Shown here: in pieces, positions 36,240 through 48,603 of the stretch | Layout: each line of letters starts with the position of its first letter | Position numbering within the stretch: the stretch's first letter is position 1 | Source of the DNA: Selaginella moellendorffii | Taxonomy: Eukaryota > Plantae > Lycopodiophyta | Direction of reading: 5' to 3' | DNA: 64,000 nt | NCBI RefSeq assembly: GCF_000143415.4 | Contig: NW_003314280.1 | Coordinates: 248,001 to 312,000 of the forward strand | The notes under the pieces: generated by a model | What the model was told of the DNA's origin: nothing | Seen by the model: the letters and a program-made list of their open reading frames with translations, nothing else | The model's database searches: none | Program-made: the position numbers and the translations under genes

Positions 36240-37230
36240 TGAAACTTCAAGTTCACGGGCAGCTTTTACACGAGCGACTTGTAGAAGTTCCTCCTTGAAT
36301 ATTGATTTCACTTAAAAATCGCTGCAGCCTACTCGAAGCTGGATCTTGACCTTTGTACGTCTATAGCTGATAAACCTGCAAATGCTTACTATCATTCAGT
36401 AAATACGGACAATAGACACCTCGTATTTACCTGGCAGAACACTTGATCAGCCAAGCGGTTATGAATGTCCAAGGACTCATTCAAATGCATCTGAAAAATC
36501 TTAGAGTGAGTTGAAGTTGCAATATCTTTATCATTTCATTCTCATAGATTGGAAGAACGAACCCCATGGAGTTCTTGCGCAATACTGTATTACTCGCTGG
36601 CTTCGACCGCTTTCTGGAATCAACACGTCAGCTTGTAAGCCACGTTTACGTTAAATAGTGCTCTCAAAGTTGCTCTTCAGATCCATTGATGCCAATGTTT
36701 CTGGCGTGGACGAGTTCGTTTCTTTCGATGTTGGGGTGCTATTGAGGGATAAGCTGTACAGTATCTGAAGGATTACACTGCAAGCGTATTTCCGTTTTGC
36801 CTTTTAACCGCCTAACATTCTCTGCTTTGGCATACAGGACTTGGTGGCCCAATTCTACGATAGATTGCTGGCAGCGGATGTGACCTCGCTGAAATCTCTT
36901 CTTTCAGATGAGATTGAATGACGGTGTCATGGTCCCCGGCTTTCGGACACATATATGATGAAGCTGCTGACTGGAGAGCAACGGCTTGGCAGCGTTTGCT
37001 TCGTGCCTGATCAGATCCGGACAGTCGATTCCAACAGAGTCGAGCTGAAGGGCAAGGTATCTGTGGGGAAGATGAACGCTGTTCTGCAGGGTGGCTTCAT
37101 GTATGGACCGTGGATGTGAACACTGAGTGAGTATTGCAGTACCATCGTTGAAATGGAACGGGGAGATTCAAAAGTTAAAAAGCTTGCCTGTACTTGGTTT
37201 ACCAGCCATATAGGAACAAGCGGTCTTCGG
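36240..37230 (+). pseudogene. Inverted (head-to-head) paralog of the WUN1-like gene, pseudogenised
   Basis: Collinear similarity to all 5 exons; TGG to TGA at 36919-36921 (EIE*RCHGP); start ATG lost. Confidence 0.8.
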
Positions 37231-37336
37231 TTTTCTCTCCCGAAGGTTCGTTCTTGTTTTTTCGCACGTAGAGTTTGACATGTGTATACTGTCTTCATCC
37301 CAGGCGGACTTGCATATATCATTGGGACTCGGTGCC

Positions 37337-38555
37337 ATGTCTATTTTACTTCTAGAACAACCAAGATCTTGCGTTGAGCTTGTGTTCTCCCTCCAGGCTT
37401 CCATTCATTGGTCCAGCTGTTGCATGCGTTGCAGAGAAAAGACCCTTCGGAATTTTTTTAGTTGCGTGAGCGGAAGTACATATTCAGGTTGAGTTTCCAA
37501 CAATTGACTCAATTTTTTTTTCTGCCACCATAACAAACGATAGCTCGGGTCTTTACATGGACGAGGACAAAGCCAAGAGTTTTAGACACATTCTCAAGGC
37601 GTTTCTGGGGCCTGAAGGGGTACAGAGACACGTCAGGAAAACGAGTGATCTGATCCAAAAGCACGTTGAAAGAGCTGGACTGGTGAGAGCAGAATCAAGG
37701 CCTATGACGTGTTGAAACAAGCTCTCTTTTCTATCGTCATAGATTTCGTCTTCAGCTTATCAGCTGAGAAACGATGCGAGATCTGGTTGGAGACATAACT
37801 CAGGCAGCACTACAGGTACCACAACAGGGAGATCATCTCTTGTCCGTGCTACTCGATGCGACAAGCAGCAGCTCCTTGGCGTTCTTGATCAAATGCATTG
37901 TTCAGAACCCCGCCAAGGTACAAAGAGCTTTTCCAAGTTGAACTAATATGAGGTAGCAACAGTTTGACTTACAATTGAAACAAAAAGAAGTATAAAAATA
38001 TAATAAATTAATATTTTGCACTCTATTATTTAATTATCAATCACTATGATTGCACTTAGTGATTAATCAAAGTGACACATGTAAGCCCTAAACTAACCTG
38101 AGAGGGAAATAGGGTCGGTTGGCAATCAATGAGTTTGATTGTGAGATTTTAGAATAACATTGTGAGATGTTTTAAATCAAAAAACAAATTTGAAATTGGC
38201 AATATGCAATACAATAACAACCTTTTGGGATGGTCTCTAAAACTTTATGTCCAAAGAACCAGGCAATAGCATCAAGAAAATAAAATGATAAAGCAATCAA
38301 GTGAAGTGATATCAAGTAAATGAAATACACTTGGAATGTCATCAAGAATCCATGCGATCGTTTCTTGCTGTCAATGGAAGCTTACACATGGCACATATAA
38401 ATTTTGAGATGGAGGGCTTCATAGTGCCAAAAAACTGGCAAGTAAGTAGAGCCTCCGAGCAAACTTTGCCAATCAGTTAGTAATATTTGTCTCTTCTCAT
38501 TGGCAGCATGAATGAGAGATTCTTTCTCGAGCCAAAAAAGTTTGATCCTCAGCTG
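37337..38555 (+). pseudogene. Cytochrome P450 pseudogene, CYP716-like (CYP85 clan)
   Basis: LPFIG; RHILKAFLGPEGVQRHVRKTSDLIQKHVEKSWTGE; DIK*MKYTWNVI..ESMR; FEMEGFIVPKNW; MNERFFLEPKKFDP. No heme-binding motif; stops and deletions. Confidence 0.8.
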
Positions 38556-38629
38556 GTTCCACTAAAGACCATTTTAACAAGGACAAAGTGGTGGAGGAAG
38601 AGAGCCAATGGCACCGTCGTTTAGCCTAA

Positions 38630-38710
38630 GTTGAGATGGCCGAGCTGGTCTAAGGCGCCAGATTAAGGTTCTGGTCCGGAAGGGCGCGGGTTCGAATCCC
38701 GCTCTCAACA
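38630..38710 (+). tRNA. tRNA-Leu(AAG): tRNA-Leu (anticodon AAG)
   Basis: Acceptor stem GTTGAGA/TCTCAAC, anticodon arm CCAGA-TTAAGGT-TCTGG, long variable arm, GGTTCGAATCC T-loop. Confidence 0.97.
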
Positions 38711-38787
38711 ACTGTGTTCCTATAAATATGTGTACGAATTTCCTTTTAAGGCAGTTTCCTTTTACTTTGAGGTTTAGGGTATCAGCG

Positions 38788-40812
38788 ATGGATCCAGGCG
38801 TCATTGACGCGCTGGGCAAGAGTATGGCCACGCTTCTCGCAGTGGTAAGTAAAATGCCCTTGTAAACTTCTTGTTGCGATCCTTTTGTTTTCTTCTGTTG
38901 TTGATTCTTTTGTTTTCTTTTTTATTTTCCAGTCCCGCGACAACGATGGGGTGGATTTCCTAGCGGAGCTGCTGGGAGTTTTAGCGCGTGGGCACTTGTG
39001 CCAAGTGAGCTCGGACATGGAGACGATGGAGTCCATCGTAGAAAACCTGGTCGACTCCTTCTCGACGGGGTATTCAAATTTGAAGAAGAAACGCGGGGAT
39101 CAGAGCTCCTGTCCAGATGTCGACGGTCGGAGAGTCTCGGAACTGAAGAAGAAACGCGGGGATCAGAGCTCCAGTCCAGATGTCGACGATCGGAGAGTCT
39201 CGGAACTGAAGAAGAAACGCGGGGATCGGAGCTCCAATCCAGATGTCGACGAGCGGAGAGCGGAACTGAAGACGAAACGCGGGGATCCGAGCTTCAGTAG
39301 CAGTATCAGTATCTTTGCTGACAGAGAGCGGGAAAAGGAAAGGCAGCCACATCCCAACGTACGCCTTTCCTGCCGGAGTGGAAGCTTTCGTGCAGCTCGG
39401 GAAGCTGGAGACGGTCTGTCACTTCATGGAGTCGTGGAAGAAGCCGGATCTCAGGACGTTCTATCCATCGATGGTCTGAGTCTAAGTGACGAATGGGAGG
39501 ATGGATCGAGCAGTGAGGATCAGGTGACAGTAAAAGAAGGTGGCATGCATACGTGTGGAGCTTTCCAGCACTTGAGACGGGAGTTTATGAAAGCTTCCCA
39601 GCAATCAGGGGCTACAAGACCGCCGCAGATCATAGATCTGGAGAAAGCGCCGACCGTGGAGCCGGAGAAAAAGGTCACAGATACGAAGAAAGAGGTCACA
39701 GGTCCGGAAAAAGAGGTCGCAGATACGGAGGTAGAGGCCACAGATTCAGATTCAGAGTCAACCGTGGAAGGTGGATACGTAAAAGTGTTACAGCATGAAG
39801 TTGAGGAACTGGAGTACTTCGTGGAGGAAGAGGAAGACTCTGGTGGAACAGGAGAGCTTGTGACGTTTACTGTGGCGAGCAGCTGCGGCCGCCTCGGACC
39901 GGCGTCGAGGCCTATCTCGCACGCGTTGTCACTTCGACAACAGACGCTGATCGAGCAAAGGCGAAGCAACTCTCTCAAGGAAATGGAGCTCGTCTGTGCG
40001 ATGAAGGGCTTGCAGCTCAAGGAGCGAGAGCTGGACATGCAAGTCGAAGCGATCGACATCGGCAGGGAGACGCTGGACGTGAACAGGAGCACGCTCAAGT
40101 TCAATGTTTCCAAGGCTGAACGAGACGCCGTGGCCGCCGACTGTGCCGACTTTCGGAGCTCCACGTCCGACTACTTCGTCGCGGGCTTGCTGATCATGTT
40201 CGGGTTCACGGGGTATTGCGTGTGGAAGAATCTTCCGGAGTGGTTTAAAACGCTGAGCAGCTCGTGTGCTGCAACACCTACAGTCACTAAAAAGGTTTGT
40301 AAGCTTTTCTCCTCTCTTTGTTGGCTTTGATTCACATTCGTTTCCTTTGCCAGGCATGGTACCATTGGAACTTCGTTGGATCGATAACAAGTAACACCGG
40401 CTACTTGCTTTGCATCGCCAGGGGGTGTGCTGGAGGGATTGTTGGACTGCTGCTGTGCGTGCTCCTCCTCTTCGTCTGCAAGAAGACGCTCAGCTCCTCC
40501 AAGAACGCAATGCCGATGACTATCTTCTTGGTGGGGGGCTCCTTCATCGGCTTGGTCGGGAGAGCGATCATCGACCTCTTGGGGGGACAGGGATGGAACT
40601 GGATGGTGGTGTGGCTACTCTCGTGCGTGCTCCATGCCTGCACGCACTTCTTCACCGAGTTCTTCGTCAAGCTCCTCAGCAGGAGCAGAATTGCGGCGAT
40701 CTTGTTCCATGTATGTTTGGCGGTGGGATTGCCGCTCGGGGCTGGGCTAGCAGGATTTCCATCAGCCTTTCCATCGCTGAAGTTTTTTTTAGCGGGGCCT
40801 GCAAAGGTTTGA
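38788..40812 (+). CDS. CPR5: CPR5-like membrane nucleoporin / immune regulator (exons 38788-38844, 38933-40294, 40354-40812)
   Basis: EQRRSNSLKEMEL..MKGLQLKERELD coiled coil; C-terminal TM region MPMTIFL..GRAIIDLLGGQGWNWMVVW. Confidence 0.8.
39080..39295 (+). repeat. Coding tandem repeat, 63-bp unit, ~3.5 copies (LKKKRGDQSSxPDVDxRRVSE)
   Basis: Units start at 39080, 39143, 39206 and 39263. Confidence 0.95.
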
Positions 40813-40929
40813 AGGGATTTTGATCGAAATCCCAGCAACCTTTGCTAATTTATAATATATCTTTTGTTCTTTCAACACTTGAAAAAGAAAGCTAGCTCGA
40901 GCTGGAGAAGGAAAGAAGCCCTAAGCAAA

Positions 40930-41688
40930 ATGGAAGGGCGCCTGGATTTGCTGATTGATCTGGATGATACCCTGGTGTCCATCGGCGACGACATCAAGGT
41001 TCCTGTCAAGGCGCTGGTCGGCTCATACAAGTTCGCTCACGGTGCGTTGGAATTCGTCGTAGCTCTGGCCAGGATTCCTGGGACAAGAATCGGTTTCTAC
41101 AGCTGCGGCTCCAAGCAGCGCAACGAGAACCTCATGGAGAAGCTCGCGGTTGCCCTCGAGGAAGAGCTGGGATTCAAGATGAGCGAGGAGATGGTGGTGT
41201 ACAGCGTGACCCGCGGAAACAAGAAAACGCTCCAGGGGCTGAGGGAGGGGCTGGATCTGGAGAGAACCATCCTGGTGGACGATGCCGGCAGGAACTCGGA
41301 GGCGGGCGAGGTGAGGAACTTGCTCAAGATCTATCACAGGAAGCGGCTGTACGATGAAGAGGGCAAGCTTTGCAAAGGTGGCAAAGTCTTCAAGGCCAGG
41401 ATCGCCAACAATCTCGTCCGCGCTCTCGGCCTCATCGTCAAGTCGATCCGATCCTCCTCTTCCGCCGTCACGGTGGTGCAAGCGCTGGAGTCGCTCCAGT
41501 GGAACGGGGACGAGTATCTCCACGACACGAGCAACTCGGAGGAGATTTACCAGCTGGGTGTGGAGGCCATGAGAAGCGTGAGGCCGGACTTTGGCATCAA
41601 AGAGGTGGTGAGCTCGGTTCATCCTTGGTCGCCACACGAGAGTAACGAGGAGCTCTTCCCAAGTTCACGCAACCAGATCCTCCTATAA
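40930..41688 (+). CDS. Intronless HAD-superfamily (FCP1/NIF-like) phosphatase
   Basis: Motif I LLIDLDDTLV, motif II IGFYSCG, lysine in GNKKTL, motif IV LERTILVDD. Confidence 0.75.
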   Translation: MEGRLDLLIDLDDTLVSIGDDIKVPVKALVGSYKFAHGALEFVVALARIPGTRIGFYSCGSKQRNENLMEKLAVALEEELGFKMSEEMVVYSVTRGNKKTLQGLREGLDLERTILVDDAGRNSEAGEVRNLLKIYHRKRLYDEEGKLCKGGKVFKARIANNLVRALGLIVKSIRSSSSAVTVVQALESLQWNGDEYLHDTSNSEEIYQLGVEAMRSVRPDFGIKEVVSSVHPWSPHESNEELFPSSRNQILL

Positions 41689-41830
41689 ACCCATTTTAAA
41701 TTTCTGGTTTCTCTAGTGCAAGGTTTCTTTGATCGCTACTAGGGGGATTTTCTTTTCTATCCAATGTCACTGCAATCTGGGCCGTCCGATTTGAAAATTT
41801 TGTCCAATCTCGGCCGTTGGCCGCAGGATT

Positions 41831-44800
41831 ATGCTATCACAGGCGGCTCAAGGCGCGATGGAGGCCTCGTGGCATGAGTTGGCGGCGCTCGGCGGCGGAG
41901 GAGGCCATCGCCACCAGCATTGCCAGCGCCCCCTCATCGCCGCCACTCCGATTTTTTTCGTGCCTCGTTGCCACGTCCAAAGGTCAGCCTCCAGGGTTTT
42001 AGGGGTTTTGGATCGGTCGCTTGGAGGAACGAAATGCTTTTCATGCTTTCATGGATATTTCTATCGAAATGTAGGTCCGCTATGTGATATTTTGATGTGT
42101 GTTTTTTTTTGTCTTGCCAGGAAGCTAAGGATTGTTTGCTCTGTCTCGGAATCGGTGTGTAGAAAATTTTCCTTTGGAGTTTTGATATTTTCTTACGATG
42201 TTTTGCTTGCGTAGTTTTCTCCCAGCACTGCGACAGCTCTTCAATCAAAGAAAGCGTTGAGCAATTCAGTAAGCATTTACGACACTACACTACGAGATGG
42301 CGCTCAGGTGAGGTCGTTAAATTTTCGTCCTTGACTGGAAACTCCACAGTGTTTTTTCTTTAGATGGTGGGAATTTCCTTGACTCTAAATGACAAGCTAA
42401 AGATTGCTAAAGCTCTCGCGGACATTGGTGAGTTCCGTGGCTATTTCTCACTCGATGCAGTACGTTGAGATAGTTGTATGTGTTAAGGTGTGGATTATAT
42501 CGAGGGAGGATGGCCCGGATCAAATCCAAAAGACGCAGAGTTTTTCAAGCTTTGTAAGGACAACATTCTGAAGGGGCAGTCCTCGAAGCTTGCGGCATTT
42601 GGTTCGACTAGAAGGAAAAACTCGACTTGCGAAGAGGTTTGCTCGCCAAAATTGCGTGGACTCTGAAATTCTGATTGCTTGGACAGGATACTAACGTGCA
42701 AGCATTACTCTTTAGCGAGGCAGAGGTTATCACGGTGGTAGCAAAGGTGAGTAGAACCTTCTTCGTTCTTTTCGCGCCCGAGTGGTCTCACATATTTGAT
42801 ATGGTCAGGCGTGGGACGTACAGGTGACAAGAGTACTCGAAACAACACTAGCAGAAAACTTGAGAATGGTCGCGGAAACTATTTCGTATTTTAAGGTGAG
42901 AAACTTCGGCCTGCAGTTGTTGATTCCTCCGTTCACACATGTATTAAGAACAATCTCAGGTCCGAAGCAAGGAGGTAATGCTTGACGCTGAGCATTTTTT
43001 TGATGGTTTTACAGCAAACAGGTACCACGCTTTTCTGTTAACAATCGTTGCTAAGCGCTCGTACTTTTTCACCAGAGCTTACTCGCTAGAGTGCTTGAAA
43101 ATTGCGGTGAAGGCTGGAGTTGATGTAGTCGTCTTGTGCGACACCAATGGAGGGTCCATGCCCTGGACTGTAGAGGTATCCATCTTTTCGGCTAGTTGAA
43201 AAGGAGTTCTCACTTCTCCCTGGAACAAATAAACATCACAGGAGGTGACAAGAACTGTTAAAGCAGAGTTGATGCCCTGGCCACATGTCCGTATAGGAGT
43301 ACACACACACAACGACACGGAACTCGCTGTTGCCAATTCTCTGGCAGCTGTGCGAGGTGGGGCATCGCTAGTTCAAGGATGCGTCAATGGCTACGGGGAG
43401 CGAACTGGAAATGCAAATCTGGCACGTATGCTCTTGGAACTTGTACTTGAAAATACTAAGCTATTTTGTGCCGTTGTTCGCAGATTAGCGTGATCGGCGG
43501 GCTTCAAGTCAAGATGGGATTTACGTGTATCCCTCCCGAATCTCTTGCAAATCTTTCCAAGCTGGCGTCCACTGTCGCGGACGTTACAAAGCAGACAATG
43601 TCACCAACGCAACCGTACGTTGGCTCGGCGGCCTTCGCTCACAAAGGTGGAATCCATGTTGCGGCGATACGCAGGGTGAGAAAATCATCTTCCTTTCTTC
43701 TCGAAAGAAAAGTTTAAGAAACACGCGTATTGCCGTACAGATGCCCGAGAGCTATAATCATATGGATCCGACTCTCGTTGGAAATGCCATGCGTTCAGTC
43801 GTGAGTGAGCTATCTGGCAAAGGCAATATACTTGATAAGGTTAGCAAGCAACAAGTTTTTCATTAGTCGTTTTAACAATCTGAGAGCTCTCAGGCTGAAA
43901 AAGCTGGACTTGTTTTGGACAACGATGTCGCCGGAAGTGTTCTTGCGCACATAAAACAAATGGAAAGAGAGGTACGCAAGTTTTTTCACAGCTTTTACTC
44001 TCATCTTTAACAGAGTTTGAGTTGCAGGGATGTGCTTTTGAAAACGCTGGTGCCTCTGTTGATATGCTGATTGTTCGAAAGGGAAAGCGCTACCAGCAGC
44101 CGTAAGGATCTACTGACAAATTCATTCTGAGTGACTTTCTTCCTCGCAGCTTTCAAGTCTTGGAATTCACGGTGCTTTCGAGCAACCGCGGCGTGCATTC
44201 CACTAGTAGCAACGGGAACTCGCAGATCCAACAAGATAACTGGCTCGCGTGGTGTGGAAGTGACAGTCAAGTGAACCAGGCGATGGTAAAGCTCTCCGTC
44301 GGTGGCAAAAGTCAGGTATGCATACAACTTGTACAAAAGCATGAACTTGAAAGATTTGCTCTTCCGGCTCAGGTAAGCGCAGCGGAAGGGATCGGTCCAG
44401 TGGATGCTCTCAGTCACGCTTTAAGGTGGAGAATTCTCGATCGATCGCATACTTGCAACTTACATTGTCCTGCTCGTGATTCCAGGAGCGCGCTCGAGAA
44501 GCACTACCCGCAACTCGAGCAAGTGGAGCTCGCGGACTATCACGTCCATCTAGTGGAGCCATCGACTGCTCACAAGGGGACCCTTTCAACGACGCGAGTG
44601 ACAGTTGACTTCACGGATGCTTCTGGCAACAAGTGGACGACCGTGAGTCTCATTCAAACGCAAGTGTTCTTCATTGTTTATGCTCAATCACTTTCATTGT
44701 TCCCAGGTTGGTGCTCACACATCCATCGTAGAAGCCAGCTTCCGGGCGCTCGTTGACGGCCTCGAATTTGGGATCGTCAATTGCTCCGAGGTACCAAAGC

Positions 44801-44893
44801 TCGATCAAAGTTTTTAGTTTTCTTCTTCTTTGTGCTTTGTCCAAACGCCGATGTTTTTCACAGGATGGCTGTTCTGCCGTTCACAAAAAGTAA
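41831..44893 (+). CDS. cimA: Bacterial-type citramalate synthase / alpha-IPM synthase family protein (CimA-like), multi-exon, probable transit peptide
   Basis: [92 protein letters not shown] and a C-terminal regulatory domain. The 5' exons are uncertain. Confidence 0.85.
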
Positions 44894-45345
44894 AACGATG
44901 CGTTCTAGGCTATTTGAGCAACTGCTTGGAATGTTCCCAGGTTTTTGGATTTGGCCATGGTCCAAAATCCACGTAAAGGCCCAAATATTGTACTGTAATT
45001 AGGGCTTGTCTTATTTCTGAGAGGGTTTCTGGTCGCCTCGCCTCGCCAGTGGATCGAGGCGCCGTGGCGCTGCCATCGAATTCTCGCCTCGCCCGCGAGC
45101 TATGGAGCTGGATCAGTGATTGACGATGAGGAGGAGCTGGAATCGCAGCGCCGGAAGTCGCCATTGCAAAGGAGCGCAGGATGCTAGACTTGTGGTGGCT
45201 GCTTGGGGGACGAGCTCGCTCTCCAGCTGAGGACGAGAACGGTGAGTGAGCCCCTTTTTCTAAATTTCCTCTCTTTGCGATTGCATTGTATCTTTAGAAC
45301 TCTATCCGCGATGCTTATTTATTAAAATTCTTAACCCAGACAACG

Positions 45346-48300
45346 ATGTCGGACGTGTCAGCTTTGCTCCAGGCGTCCGTGTTGCGAAATCTCTCGGACA
45401 AGCTCTACGAGAAGCGAAAGATCGCTGCTCTTGAGGTGAGATTGTATCCCTTTTCCTTCCTTTAAAATTTAACAATAGATTGTTCATCAGGTGGAAGGGG
45501 TCCTGAAATCTCTAGTTAGTTCCGGCGACCATGAGAAGATATCCTCCGTCATATCGATATTAATCAATGACTATGCTCTATCGCCACAAGCCAATCACCG
45601 AAAGGTATGTGAGAGTGAGACGACCGCTTTTTCTTAGTTTTTTCTCTTATGCCAGGGGGGGCTGATTGGATTGGCGGCTGCTACTGTTGGCTTGGCCTCC
45701 GAGTCTGCCCAGTATCTTGATGTAAGTATTGAGTTCTTCTCCCTTGCGATATAGAACGAAAGAAGTTGTTTTCTTTTTTTTTTGCTCAAAGGAATGACTA
45801 TTTTGCAGAGAATTGTTCCGCCTGTTTTGATTTCTTTCACGGATCAAGACAGTCGGGTGCGATATTACGCATGTGAGGCACTTTACAACATAGCAAAGGT
45901 ACATCTTACTTTTCATCATGAGGTTTCTGTGCTTGGAGCTAACTCAGGGTAGGTATCTAGGTGTCGAGAGGTGACTTAATTGTTTTCTTCAACAAAATAT
46001 TCGATGCCCTTTGCAAGCTCTCGGCGGATTCAGATCCTAATGTTCAAAGTGCAGCTCATCTTCTGGATCGTCTTGTCAAGGTAATTTCGTCAATCTCTTA
46101 ATTTCTTATAATTTCTTAAGAGAACTCATTTCTTTTATTTTTTGATATTTTTTTATGCTCAGGATATTGTGACGGAAAGTGATCAATTCAGGTAGTCAAA
46201 ACGCTTTGGTTCTTGGCTAAATGTTTTCTGCTCAGCATTGAAGAATTTATTCCGCTATTGAGGGAGCGAATGAACGTGCTCAATCCGTTTGTCCGACAAT
46301 TTCTCGTGGGATGGATCACTGTATTGGACAGCGTCCCGGACATTGATATGCTGGAGTTCTTGCCAGACTTTCTCGACGGTAACATCATAGTCGACTCTTT
46401 AGTTTTGTAACCCTTTGCATGTAGGTCTGTTCAACATGCTTAGCGACAACAGTCACGAGATCAGGCAGCAAGCCGACTCTGCATTGTCCGAGTTTTTGCA
46501 AGAAATTAAGAATGCTCCTGTAAGCCTTTTGTTTTTAAAACGCATTATCATTCTTGACCGTGAGTTTTTAAATATTTAGTCCGTGGATTACGTTCGCATG
46601 GCTGCGATACTTGTACAAAGAGCTAGATCACCTGATGAGTTCACTCGTCTAACATCCATAACATGGGTATGAAACGTCAATCGTTTCTTTAGTAGTTACT
46701 TAAAAATATTTCAGATGAGCGAATTTGTGAAACTTGGAGGGGATCAGCTTGTGACATTCTATGCGGAGATTTTGGGTGCCATTCTACCAGCAATCTCTGA
46801 CAAGGAAGAAAAAATCAGAGCAGTAAGATTGAGCTCTTTAACTAAACATAATACGCTAAAAACATTTGATTATAAGGTTGCTCGTGAAACAAACGAAGAG
46901 CTTCGAGCCATTCGTGCTGAACCAGTTGAAGTGATAGACATTGGATCAGTTCTGAATGCAGCTAGACGGTAATCTTTCTCGTTTCTAAAAACTTGGACTT
47001 GAACAAAATAGTTGTGTAGGGAGTTGGGAAGCGAGTTTGAAGCCACAAGATTGGAAGCCTTGCGGTGGATGCTTGTTCTTCTTGAGAGACATAGAACAGA
47101 GGTACTTGGAGTTTTCTTTTCTGTACAGTAGTTGCTAACATTTTAACAGGTTCTATCGTTTCTTGACGAAATATTTCCTGCATTGCTTCAGTCTTTGTCG
47201 GACGAATCTGATGATGTAAGCATTTGCATTTGTTTTTGTATGTTTGTCACCTAAAATGTATCTGTTAACAGGTTGTGTTGCTGGTTCTGGAGGTTCAAGC
47301 TTGTATAGCACGGGATACACAACAATTTCGGCGTTTGATGGTCTTTCTTGTACATAAATTTCAAATGGACAATCTTCTGCTTGAAAGGTACTTTACGAAG
47401 TCAATAGTTAAACAGTCTTCGTGACCAGCATTAAATTTTCAGGAGAGGAACCTTAGCGTTGCGACGTCTCTGCGTCCTTCTTGACGCCGAGACTGTATAC
47501 AGAGAGTTGGCAACTATCCTGGAAGGCGAGGCGGACTTAGAATTTGCAACCGTTATGGTCCAGGTATCAGTATCTAGTTTGCGTTCTCAGCGAACTTATG
47601 CATGTACACTTACAGGCACTTAATTTAATTCTCCTCACGGCTTCAGAACTTGCCGATTTAAGGGCACTGCTAAAGGAGTCGTTGACAAATTCGCAAGGAA
47701 AAGATCTTTTTGTTGCTCTGTATTCATCGTGGTGTCACTCGCCGATGGCTACTGTTAGCTTGTGCTTACTTGCTCAGGTAATGTCCTGTCCAACTTCTTG
47801 TTCCAAAACACATGATTATGCTTTGCAGGCTTACCACCATGCAAGCGCAGTTATCCAATCTCTCGGGGAGTCGGACATCAACGTCAAGTTTCTAGTTCAG
47901 GTGGATAAGCTGGTACGGCTTTTGGAAACTCCAATCTTCGGTTACTTGAGGTTGCAGGTAATCGTTTTACTACCACTTGGCCATTTTCTAACGCTTGTGT
48001 ATGACAGTTGCTAGAACCAGCGCGCTATCCCTCGTTGCTGAAGACGCTCTACGGGCTGCTCATGCTACTCCCTCAGGTGGGTACAGAAAATGAATTCTGG
48101 CAAACTGATCATGATTGGCATTCGATTTAATGCATGCAGTTTGATGATGCAGCAAAGCTCTGCATTCAAGATATTGCGAACGAGACTGAAGACCATCCCG
48201 GCGTACGCTCCCATGCACATCCAAGCAACACCGGCGGCCGAGCTTGCTGGACTGAATGCAGGGCGTAGATCCGTATCGGCAGTACCGTACCTGGCTCACT

Positions 48301-48603
48301 ATCCAACTGGAGACGACGGGGACAAGGTGTCCGACTTCAACAGCGGGCCCGGTGGAATCAACTTCACGATGAGGTTGCAGCAATTTGAGCTGATGCAACA
48401 CCAGCACAGGCTCCACCGCCAAGCAGTGCAGTCGCAGCTCTCCAAGCCACCAAAGAAGCCTGCGTCTCAGGTGAGAAATCTTCATCCCGTTGGTGGTGAT
48501 GTTTTCCTCACTTTCGCTTTCCTTGTGCTGCGTCCAGGGCGATGATGCGCGAGGAAAATCTTCCAAGCTTGGGCTTTCTCCGTCCAACTGGAGATCTTCC
48601 TAA
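45346..48603 (+). CDS. VAC14: VAC14 homolog (PI(3,5)P2 regulatory scaffold), multi-exon
   Basis: [66 protein letters not shown]. Confidence 0.96.

Noticed and set aside
41831-44893. Bacterial contamination as the source of the cimA-like gene
   Set aside because: It has many spliceosomal introns and is contiguous with plant genes.
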